A DNA stretch of 64,000 bases from TPA_inf: Saccharomyces (Eukaryota), in the NCBI GenBank assembly GCA_000146045.2, contig BK006948.2:928001-992000 (forward strand), written 5' to 3'. Shown here one piece after another: positions 52,788 to 64,000 of the stretch (position 1 is its first letter; each line of letters begins with the position of its first letter). Position numbers and translations under genes: made by a program. Below the pieces are notes generated by a model, which worked only from the letters and a program-made list of their open reading frames with translations, did no database searches and had not been told where the DNA came from.

Positions 52788-53827
52788 TTTTTTTGCAACT
52801 TCGTTTTAGACAGTTACTTAATTTTGTTTCTTAGGCACAACAATATTTATAAAAGAAGAATGTAAGTATGACGACGAAAACGAAAAGACTAATAGTTTCA
52901 TATAATACTAAACGATTTCAATTTTCGTTTTATATCCTTCCTATTCATAAATTTTATTTCGCTATGCCAATAATGAGTGGATGTATAGTTGATATCTGTT
53001 TCGATAATTTTAAAGTAGATAGTAAAATCTTACTGACATGAATAATCCGTCCAAAACTAGATTACTGTATACAAGCATATTTAAAAAAATAATGAAACTA
53101 TGATCAAAAAACTGTGCTACTACAGCGGTGTTGTTATCCGATACAACCGGATATTTTTCTTTTAATGAGTCTAAACCGTGATAGCTTCAGGTTAATACAA
53201 TCAAAAAAAGCTCAAATATTCTTTTAATGCCGCGTTCACAGATTCCAATTGAATACAACTAGGTAGTTCATTATATGAAGCCTTTGCTACTATTTTTCAC
53301 TATAGTCTGCCTTCACCTTAATGCAGACATCCACATATTTTAATCACTTTAAAATAAAAAGGAAGATATATTAGAAGCTATGATCCAATCTGTAAGCCAG
53401 ATTAAAATTCACGAACTCTTCTTTCATTTGAATTGAATGCTTTGAGTTGGGGTAGATTATCGCAAATTACTCATCACATTTATTGACTACGAACTTGCTG
53501 ATGTCCTTTTTTTATTTATATTTTTCTTCAGTGAAGCGATTTTTTTTTTACACAGACCAAGACGGAAAAAAGTAGCTAAGGAAGAAAACAAAATCATGAA
53601 AAAAATGTGAAGTGATCATGCACATCGCATCAACTTAAACATTGGCTTAGAGATATATAGAGTTAGAGTTTACGGCAACCTTTAAGCACCAATACCTTTT
53701 GGCATAGTCTAAAGACCTGGTTCTTAATTTTAAACAAATTTAACTAAAGATTTCCCTATCAAAGAAGTAACGAGTTGACAGATTTTCTCAAAATAAATCG
53801 ATACTGCATTTCTAGGCATATCCAGCG

Positions 53828-56785
53828 ATGGGTGAACATGGTGGTCTTGTAGATTTATTGGACAGCGATTTGGAATACTCTATAAATAGGGAAACACCTG
53901 ATAAAAACAATTGCCTTAGCCAGCAAAGTGTCAATGATTCACATTTAACAGCAAAGACCGGCGGCTTGAATGCAAGGTCTTTTCTATCTACGTTAAGCGA
54001 TGATTCCTTAATTGAATATGTCAACCAACTCTCCCAAACTAATAAGAATAATTCTAATCCAACTGCAGGTACTTTAAGATTTACTACTAAAAATATTAGC
54101 TGTGATGAATTACATGCTGATCTTGGCGGTGGCGAAGATTCACCTATAGCTCGTAGCGTCATCGAGATCCAGGAAAGTGATAGCAATGGTGATGATGTTA
54201 AAAAAAATACTGTGTATACTAGGGAGGCTTATTTCCACGAGAAGGCGCACGGACAAACCCTGCAAGATCAAATATTAAAAGATCAATATAAAGATCAAAT
54301 TTCTAGTCAAAGCAGTAAAATATTCAAAAATTGCGTCATCTATATAAATGGCTACACCAAACCTGGAAGACTGCAATTACACGAGATGATAGTTTTACAT
54401 GGCGGAAAATTTTTACACTATTTGTCTTCAAAGAAAACGGTTACTCACATAGTGGCTTCCAATTTACCATTAAAGAAAAGGATTGAATTTGCAAATTACA
54501 AAGTAGTCAGTCCGGATTGGATAGTTGATAGCGTCAAAGAAGCAAGATTATTGCCCTGGCAAAATTACTCGTTAACATCTAAACTTGATGAACAGCAAAA
54601 AAAACTAGATAATTGTAAAACCGTAAATTCAATTCCATTGCCCTCAGAGACTAGCCTGCACAAAGGATCTAAATGTGTAGGGTCGGCATTGTTGCCAGTA
54701 GAACAGCAGTCACCAGTAAATCTCAATAATTTGGAGGCGAAAAGGATAGTCGCTTGTGATGATCCTGATTTCCTTACTTCCTATTTTGCTCATTCGAGAT
54801 TACATCATCTCTCCGCATGGAAGGCCAATCTGAAAGATAAATTTCTGAATGAAAACATCCACAAGTACACCAAAATTACGGATAAGGATACCTACATTAT
54901 CTTTCATATCGATTTTGACTGTTTTTTTGCAACTGTTGCGTATCTATGTAGAAGTTCTAGTTTCTCAGCATGTGATTTTAAACGGGATCCTATAGTGGTA
55001 TGCCATGGTACTAAAAACTCCGATATAGCTAGTTGCAATTATGTAGCAAGGTCATATGGGATTAAAAATGGAATGTGGGTGTCTCAAGCTGAAAAGATGT
55101 TGCCAAATGGGATCAAACTAATATCATTACCATATACCTTTGAGCAATTTCAATTAAAATCGGAAGCCTTTTACAGTACTCTCAAAAGATTGAACATATT
55201 CAATTTGATTTTACCTATATCTATTGATGAAGCTGTTTGTGTGAGGATAATCCCTGATAATATTCATAACACTAATACCTTAAATGCAAGACTGTGCGAA
55301 GAAATACGCCAAGAAATTTTTCAAGGAACGAATGGTTGCACAGTGAGCATTGGATGTTCCGATTCTCTTGTGTTAGCAAGACTAGCTCTCAAAATGGCGA
55401 AACCAAATGGTTACAATATCACGTTTAAGAGTAACCTATCTGAAGAATTCTGGTCTAGTTTCAAACTAGATGATCTGCCTGGAGTTGGGCATTCTACTCT
55501 GTCAAGGTTAGAATCAACGTTTGATAGCCCACATTCTTTAAATGACTTGAGAAAAAGATATACTTTAGATGCTTTGAAGGCGAGCGTCGGCTCTAAGTTA
55601 GGTATGAAGATTCATCTCGCGTTACAAGGCCAAGATGATGAAGAAAGCTTGAAAATACTGTACGATCCCAAAGAAGTCTTACAAAGAAAATCATTATCAA
55701 TTGATATCAATTGGGGAATCAGATTTAAAAATATCACTCAGGTAGACTTGTTCATAGAAAGAGGTTGTCAGTATCTTTTAGAAAAATTGAATGAAATAAA
55801 CAAAACAACGTCACAAATCACATTAAAACTGATGAGAAGATGTAAAGACGCTCCAATTGAACCCCCAAAATATATGGGGATGGGAAGGTGCGACTCATTC
55901 AGTCGGAGCAGCAGATTAGGTATTCCAACAAACGAATTTGGAATTATTGCTACCGAAATGAAAAGTTTGTATCGAACTTTGGGCTGCCCTCCAATGGAAT
56001 TAAGAGGTCTTGCTCTACAATTCAACAAATTGGTTGATGTGGGTCCGGATAACAATCAGCTGAAACTGAGGTTACCGTTTAAAACAATAGTGACGAACAG
56101 AGCTTTCGAAGCCTTACCGGAAGATGTAAAAAATGACATTAACAACGAGTTCGAGAAAAGAAATTATAAGAGAAAAGAATCCGGGTTGACTTCAAACTCA
56201 TTGAGCTCTAAAAAAAAAGGATTTGCCATTTCCAGATTAGAAGTAAATGATTTGCCCAGTACTATGGAAGAACAGTTTATGAATGAACTACCAACCCAAA
56301 TTCGAGCAGAAGTAAGGCACGACTTGAGAATTCAGAAAAAAATCCAACAGACAAAGTTAGGAAACCTACAAGAAAAGATAAAAAGGAGAGAAGAGAGCCT
56401 ACAGAACGAGAAAAATCATTTCATGGGCCAAAATAGTATATTCCAGCCGATCAAATTCCAAAATCTGACACGGTTCAAAAAAATTTGTCAATTAGTGAAA
56501 CAATGGGTTGCCGAAACTTTAGGTGATGGAGGGCCGCATGAAAAAGATGTTAAATTATTCGTGAAATATTTGATTAAACTTTGCGATTCTAATAGAGTCC
56601 ATTTAGTTCTTCATTTATCAAACCTAATATCAAGGGAATTAAATCTCTGCGCCTTTTTAAATCAGGATCATTCAGGCTTCCAAACGTGGGAAAGAATTTT
56701 ACTCAATGATATAATTCCACTTTTAAACAGAAATAAACATACTTACCAGACTGTGCGTAAACTTGACATGGACTTTGAAGTTTGA
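53828..56785 (+). CDS. REV1: Rev1 deoxycytidyl transferase (Y-family translesion polymerase), 985 aa.
   Basis: It has an N-terminal BRCT domain (CVIYINGYTKPGRLQLHEMIVLHGGKF). The Y-family catalytic core includes the SIDEAV motif (LILPISIDEAVCV). Confidence 0.9.
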   Translation: MGEHGGLVDLLDSDLEYSINRETPDKNNCLSQQSVNDSHLTAKTGGLNARSFLSTLSDDSLIEYVNQLSQTNKNNSNPTAGTLRFTTKNISCDELHADLGGGEDSPIARSVIEIQESDSNGDDVKKNTVYTREAYFHEKAHGQTLQDQILKDQYKDQISSQSSKIFKNCVIYINGYTKPGRLQLHEMIVLHGGKFLHYLSSKKTVTHIVASNLPLKKRIEFANYKVVSPDWIVDSVKEARLLPWQNYSLTSKLDEQQKKLDNCKTVNSIPLPSETSLHKGSKCVGSALLPVEQQSPVNLNNLEAKRIVACDDPDFLTSYFAHSRLHHLSAWKANLKDKFLNENIHKYTKITDKDTYIIFHIDFDCFFATVAYLCRSSSFSACDFKRDPIVVCHGTKNSDIASCNYVARSYGIKNGMWVSQAEKMLPNGIKLISLPYTFEQFQLKSEAFYSTLKRLNIFNLILPISIDEAVCVRIIPDNIHNTNTLNARLCEEIRQEIFQGTNGCTVSIGCSDSLVLARLALKMAKPNGYNITFKSNLSEEFWSSFKLDDLPGVGHSTLSRLESTFDSPHSLNDLRKRYTLDALKASVGSKLGMKIHLALQGQDDEESLKILYDPKEVLQRKSLSIDINWGIRFKNITQVDLFIERGCQYLLEKLNEINKTTSQITLKLMRRCKDAPIEPPKYMGMGRCDSFSRSSRLGIPTNEFGIIATEMKSLYRTLGCPPMELRGLALQFNKLVDVGPDNNQLKLRLPFKTIVTNRAFEALPEDVKNDINNEFEKRNYKRKESGLTSNSLSSKKKGFAISRLEVNDLPSTMEEQFMNELPTQIRAEVRHDLRIQKKIQQTKLGNLQEKIKRREESLQNEKNHFMGQNSIFQPIKFQNLTRFKKICQLVKQWVAETLGDGGPHEKDVKLFVKYLIKLCDSNRVHLVLHLSNLISRELNLCAFLNQDHSGFQTWERILLNDIIPLLNRNKHTYQTVRKLDMDFEV

Positions 56786-56941
56786 ATTAAAAAAAAAAAA
56801 ACATTTCAGCATACAGTAAACACGCAGTTTGCGAACATTACCTGTAATATCTGCATGATTATTACCAAAGAAAAAAAAAATAACTGACACAATGGACAAT
56901 TAAATAAAATTAAGTAAAAAAAATAAGGACTTTAATTTTTA

Positions 56942-58462
56942 CTAGAATTCTTGACCAACAGTAGAAATGCGTAAGGTATTGGAATGGCCGACTCCTCCTT
57001 TGAATCCTTGAATGGAAACAACAGTATCACCGTTGTCCACCATTCCGAAAGACCTCGCCATTTCAACACCAAACTTTAGGCGCCTATGAACATCCTCACC
57101 CCAGTCGTCTAGGCGTTTCGGTTCATACAGAAATGGGAAAACACCTCTATACAAATGCGCAATTCTTGCCGTTCTTGCGTGTCTTGTTACTAATATGATA
57201 GGGCAGCTTGGTCTATACTTCGACAGTAGCCTTGCCGTGTTCCCTGTAGTAGATAATACAACGATGGCCTTACCATCTTGCTCCAAGATTGCTGCGGTAG
57301 CTGCAGCTGCTACAGTTTCCGTAGTGGAAGTAGGTTTGGGAGTGGCGTCTCTGAGATCGTCATAAAGAGCCAAATGAGCGATAGTACTTTCAGCAATCAG
57401 AGCGGTCGCCGCCATAATATTAACTGCATTCACCGGATAATCACCCTTCGCCGTTTCTCCAGAAAGCATAACACAATCAGCACCATCCAACACAGCGTTA
57501 CCCACATCCGATACTTCAGCCCTTGTCGGTCTCGGATTGTGTGTCATTGAATCCAGCATCTGAGTCGCGCAAATGACAGGTTTGCCCGCCAAATTACATT
57601 TTGCAATCAGCTTTTTTTGAATGGCTAATACTTCAGGTGCCAGGATTTCAATTCCTAAATCGCCTCTCGCTATCATAACACCATCCGTGACTTCCAGGAT
57701 TTCGTCAAAATTATCCAACCCTTGCTGGTTTTCTATCTTGGATATAATCTTGATATCTTGCCCTTCAGAACCCAACGCTTTTCTGATAGACAACACATCT
57801 TCTGAAGTTCTTATGAAAGAGGCAAATACGATGTGAATGCCATTGCGGACTCCGAATTGCAAGTCCTTCATGTCTTTGGCGGACAAGGGGGGCAAATCAA
57901 CGTCGGTATTAGGCAGATTAACACCTTTATGAGATGCGATATAACCCGAGTTTACCGCTTGCACCCTTAAATTAGATTCGTCAATGATTTGGAGCACTTT
58001 AAAAGAGAGAATCCCGTCGTCCACGTATATAAATCTCCCCGGAACGATAACTTTTGTCAGGTTAGCATAGTCTATATACATGATTTTATCATTGGAGGTG
58101 TTTGCAAAACTTGCGTCAGTGGTAAAGATCATTTGGTGGTCTACGGGGATATAAAGATCTTGGTCATTTAACGTGCGACCTGTTCTGATCTCGGGACCCT
58201 TGGTATCCAGGGCAATGGCGAGCGGCCTGCCAGGGAATTGCTGTTCCGATTTCACAGCATTTTCGATTACTGATTGATGGAATTCGTAGGAGCCATGGGA
58301 AAAGTTCAATCGAATGATGTTCAAACCAGCTTTTCTCAGAGCAGTAATGGCCTCGCAGCTATTTGTCTTGGGCCCAATGGTACCTATTATGGAGGTGCGT
58401 CTGAGCTGCTGCGGAGTTCCTATTTTCAAATTAGCTAGTCTCTGCAATCTGGACTCTGGCAT
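56942..58462 (-). CDS. PYK2: Pyruvate kinase 2, 506 aa, from the ATG at 58460-58462. The ORF-track start at 58543 is a TTG.
   Basis: It is a pyruvate kinase barrel. The N-terminal sequence [34 protein letters not shown] is followed by [13 protein letters not shown]. It is 27 aa shorter than the track ORF. Confidence 0.88.
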   Translation of the reverse strand: MPESRLQRLANLKIGTPQQLRRTSIIGTIGPKTNSCEAITALRKAGLNIIRLNFSHGSYEFHQSVIENAVKSEQQFPGRPLAIALDTKGPEIRTGRTLNDQDLYIPVDHQMIFTTDASFANTSNDKIMYIDYANLTKVIVPGRFIYVDDGILSFKVLQIIDESNLRVQAVNSGYIASHKGVNLPNTDVDLPPLSAKDMKDLQFGVRNGIHIVFASFIRTSEDVLSIRKALGSEGQDIKIISKIENQQGLDNFDEILEVTDGVMIARGDLGIEILAPEVLAIQKKLIAKCNLAGKPVICATQMLDSMTHNPRPTRAEVSDVGNAVLDGADCVMLSGETAKGDYPVNAVNIMAATALIAESTIAHLALYDDLRDATPKPTSTTETVAAAATAAILEQDGKAIVVLSTTGNTARLLSKYRPSCPIILVTRHARTARIAHLYRGVFPFLYEPKRLDDWGEDVHRRLKFGVEMARSFGMVDNGDTVVSIQGFKGGVGHSNTLRISTVGQEF

Positions 58463-58898
58463 CGATAGTGCTTTTGTTGTAATCTTACAATGGACGTAGA
58501 GGATGAAAGTAAAATATAGTTGCGTTTCACCGCTCTGCTTCAAAATGTTTTATGTTCTTTGTTTTCTTTCTCCATTTATATAAACGTGTGCATATTAATG
58601 ATATATCATTTTCTCTAAAAAGTTATGACACTTTACCCCTGTTTCCTATGCTGCGTCGCTAAATAAAAGCGACGAGAAAGAAAAAAGGAAACCAAAAGGA
58701 AGAAAAAAAAAGTAAAAGAGAAAAACACGTGTGGAGAACTTTTCATTGACTTTTTACAAATCTCTTGTATGTAAGAATACGCCAGCATTCATTTTATACT
58801 TTTATATATGTGTTTTTACTTCCATCCATCGCGGCGAAGGAGAAAGATTTTTCGAATATTAGTATCGTGAGAGATATCGGAATATGTTCATAAAAGCG

Positions 58899-60782
58899 TT
58901 ACAACAAGGCGTCCAAGAACTTGTCTTTGAAACCGGTGGGGGGTAATCTCATCTCCTCAATTTCTCTTGATTTCTCCTCGATCTCGACTAACCCTGTAGT
59001 AACATCGATCTCGGACACAGGGAGCCACCATTGTCTCCACGTCCGAGTATACAGCTTATGGCCGAACCACAAAACCAGGAAGATGGGTAGGGTGATGTAG
59101 GCAGCAATGAAATCTGCTACTCTCCAGTACTTAGGGATGAAAATGGCATACCCGTTGGTAATGGTGATGATGCCTATAACAATGAGAGAGAACCACACGG
59201 TGTAAGGCTGTCCCCACGTCTTGAAAGGCAATCTGTCGTAGAGGCCATTGTAGAAAATAGCCTTGCGGAATCTCAGGTACGCGATGCAGCCGCACATCCA
59301 GCCCAGAAACCCGGAAATGGTGCTGATATTGGAAAACCAATTAAACACGTCTGCCGTGGATGAAGACACGTTCAGATATGCCAAACAAGAACACAAGAAG
59401 GAAACACCCACAGCCACGTATGGAACACCCCATTTGTTGATTCTGCCCAAACATTTGGGTGCCTGTCCCGTTTGCGCCATGGTCAACAGTGATCTCGTGC
59501 TCGCAAACATAAACGCATTGGCGGCAGACCACGCGCTGGTCAAGATACACCCATTGATAATGTGGGGAAGAACCTTAATCCCGGCGTTTTGAATTCCGAT
59601 CACAAAGGGTGACGAGCCGGCTCCCGGTTTGCCCTGCGCCAGCGCATTTACCAATGTTGGGTCATTGTATGGAACAATAACGGAGATGGCCAGCGTCCCC
59701 AGAACGTAGAAGAAGATCAGTCTCCATACAAAGCGGCGCGAAGCCTTAGCGATATTTCTACGCTGGTCCGCGCATTCCGCGGAAGTCATGCACACCAGTT
59801 CCGGACCAAGAATGAAGGCGAAGGCGCCCTTGATAATCCCAGTGTAGATATCTGTGAAGTTACCCAGCGATCCGCCCGTGAGGTGATGCGCAAAAGCGCC
59901 CGGATGTTGCCAGTATCTGAAGCCAAGACGGTCATGGTTGGGGCCACCACCCCAAAACAAAATAAAGGACAGAATGATCAGTCCCACAATGCATAATATC
60001 TTGATAGACGCGAACCAAAACTCGGATTCGCCGTACACTTTGACCGCGGAAAAGTTTAGTATAACAACCACGCATAGAAAGATCGTGATCCAAACGCCCT
60101 TGGGAACCGCGGTGGTCCAGTATTCGACCACACCGGATGCCGCCGTACACTCGGCGGCCACTAAAATGACGTAGCAGTAGAAGTAATTCCACCCAGTGGC
60201 GAAGCCCAACGAAGGGTCAACGTACCTAGTGACCAGATTGGCCGTCGACCCGGCACTGTCAGAACCATCACCGGGCAAAAAGCACACCATTTCGCCCAGC
60301 GCGCACATGATCGGGTAGATCACCGCGGAAATAATAATGTACGATATGAACAGCCCCGCGGGACCGCACGTATGAAGCGTGGATGAAGTCCCCACCAGCA
60401 AACCGGTACCGATGGCGCCGCCCAGCGCGATCAGTTGCACATGGCGCGACTGCAAACCTTGTTTTAGTTTGTGCGGCTCGCTATCGCCATCGACGGAGGG
60501 CGATTTCTCCAAGTCCACGTCCATAATCAAATCCTCGCGGATGGTGCCGTTGGACGACGCGGACTGGTTCTTAGATATTTTCTCCATACGGATGGCGTCA
60601 TCTTTTTCATTGTCGCTGCGATGATTATTGCGCGACCCGGACGATGGTGATTCCGTTACCTGGACAACATCCTCCTCCTTCTTGGTGTCGCCGCCGCTAC
60701 CGTCGCCGCTAACATCGTCCGCGCAGGTGACGACTCCCGCGCTGTGTCTATTGTTCTTGTGGAAGGGCAGTATATTTACCAT
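58899..60782 (-). CDS. PUT4: High-affinity proline permease (APC/YAT family amino-acid transporter), 627 aa.
   Basis: It has an ATG start and 12 predicted transmembrane segments. It has a hydrophilic N-terminal tail of about 110 aa. The amino-acid permease signature is present. Confidence 0.9.
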   Translation of the reverse strand: MVNILPFHKNNRHSAGVVTCADDVSGDGSGGDTKKEEDVVQVTESPSSGSRNNHRSDNEKDDAIRMEKISKNQSASSNGTIREDLIMDVDLEKSPSVDGDSEPHKLKQGLQSRHVQLIALGGAIGTGLLVGTSSTLHTCGPAGLFISYIIISAVIYPIMCALGEMVCFLPGDGSDSAGSTANLVTRYVDPSLGFATGWNYFYCYVILVAAECTAASGVVEYWTTAVPKGVWITIFLCVVVILNFSAVKVYGESEFWFASIKILCIVGLIILSFILFWGGGPNHDRLGFRYWQHPGAFAHHLTGGSLGNFTDIYTGIIKGAFAFILGPELVCMTSAECADQRRNIAKASRRFVWRLIFFYVLGTLAISVIVPYNDPTLVNALAQGKPGAGSSPFVIGIQNAGIKVLPHIINGCILTSAWSAANAFMFASTRSLLTMAQTGQAPKCLGRINKWGVPYVAVGVSFLCSCLAYLNVSSSTADVFNWFSNISTISGFLGWMCGCIAYLRFRKAIFYNGLYDRLPFKTWGQPYTVWFSLIVIGIITITNGYAIFIPKYWRVADFIAAYITLPIFLVLWFGHKLYTRTWRQWWLPVSEIDVTTGLVEIEEKSREIEEMRLPPTGFKDKFLDALL

Positions 60783-61707
60783 GATTTATTCATTGATGGT
60801 GTGATTCTTCGAAACAGCAAAGAATAAAAGAAACTGGAAGGGAAGAGAGAAAAAAAAAGGAAAGGAAGAGGAACACAAACCCCCTATATATATATAGAAG
60901 TACATCAGTCTACAAATATTCGAGTGTATAAGTATGTATATACATATATGTTTATGCGTCTGTATCAGTACATGGATGGAGATATGCTGTGCCTACATTC
61001 ATGGAATATTCAGATTGGGGCATGTACATAAACAGACATAATTAGTATTTTGGCCGTAGGTCCTGCCCTACCCTGCAAGGTTCTTCTTGTTATCAGCACT
61101 GGATGGAGGGGTGAAGCAGATAAAACCCCGGTGTAGTTGGCGATAGGCAGAGTGCAGGCACGATGATAGCGAGGGGTTGAAAACGTCCCATTTTCCTTTG
61201 ATAGGAAATATCGGGCAGAAGTTGAAAAGCGACAAAAGCGACAGGCACACGCGAACCGGCTAGGCCACCCAAACGTCATAGCTAGCGCAATGAAAAAAAC
61301 TAACGTCGCTTCCCTTTTGGTTTGATGATGTTTCAACTCGCAGCGCGGGTACCCGGGCTGCCGGAACAAAGCCGTGCAAGTAGCGGCTGTCGTCACGCAC
61401 CATGGGTACCATCTTGTGCCGTGCCGTGCTACCTCAGATTTAGGACCCTGGAGATTTGGCAGACATGACAAGCAATTTTGACAAACTTGTGACAAGATTT
61501 GAACCGCGCGGGAATTCACATTGCAGTATGGACGGACATCCGGCCATCGCGCGCGGGCCCGGTATTTGATCTCCGTTTTAGAAGCACAGAAAAAAATAAT
61601 ATGATGTTATGATGTTTAATAGATGGATTCATATCGTCCGGGTAAAAACGCTTTTGGAGAAATCAAGGAAAATCGCCGAGATCACTAGGAAATACTATTA
61701 CTATTGA

Positions 61708-64000
<2,293 letters not shown>

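Noticed and set aside
53812-54186. A 124-aa minus-strand ORF overlapping the REV1 start (the YOR345C position).
   Set aside because: It is antisense to the REV1 5' end and promoter. There is no domain evidence, so it is dubious.

Overview
This window is a gene-dense stretch of the right arm of Saccharomyces cerevisiae chromosome XV, gene order YOR326W to YOR349W. I recognise every major ORF as a characterised yeast gene, in this order: MYO2 (3' part), SNC2, PDR10, SCD5, MIP1, VMA4, MRS2, ALA1, KRE5, TEA1, YOR338W, UBC11, RPA43, RPA190, YOR342C, a full-length Ty2 retrotransposon, tRNA-Met(CAU), TYE7, a solo delta LTR, an intron-containing tRNA-Pro(UGG), REV1, PYK2, PUT4 and CIN1 (5' part). The only accessory-like content is two Ty integration hotspots upstream of the two tRNA genes: a Ty2 with an intact 5-bp target-site duplication, nested sigma and delta fragments, and a solo delta with its own target-site duplication. 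I found no CRISPR array and nothing prokaryotic. I see no convincing evidence for a previously undescribed system; this is canonical, well-annotated yeast chromatin. The ORF track appears to start ORFs at TTG, GTG and CTG as well as ATG, because several track N-termini (ALA1, KRE5, YOR342C, PYK2) begin at non-ATG codons; for those I give the ATG start. The most notable details are: the ALA1 non-AUG (ACG-ACG) in-frame extension, an in-frame ATG upstream of MIP1, two PDRE sites in the PDR10 promoter, RRPE motifs in the shared RPA43/RPA190 promoter, the nested LTR architecture, and a GC-rich island with a hairpin near YOR343C. All coordinates were counted by hand from the text and may be off by 1-2 nt in places.
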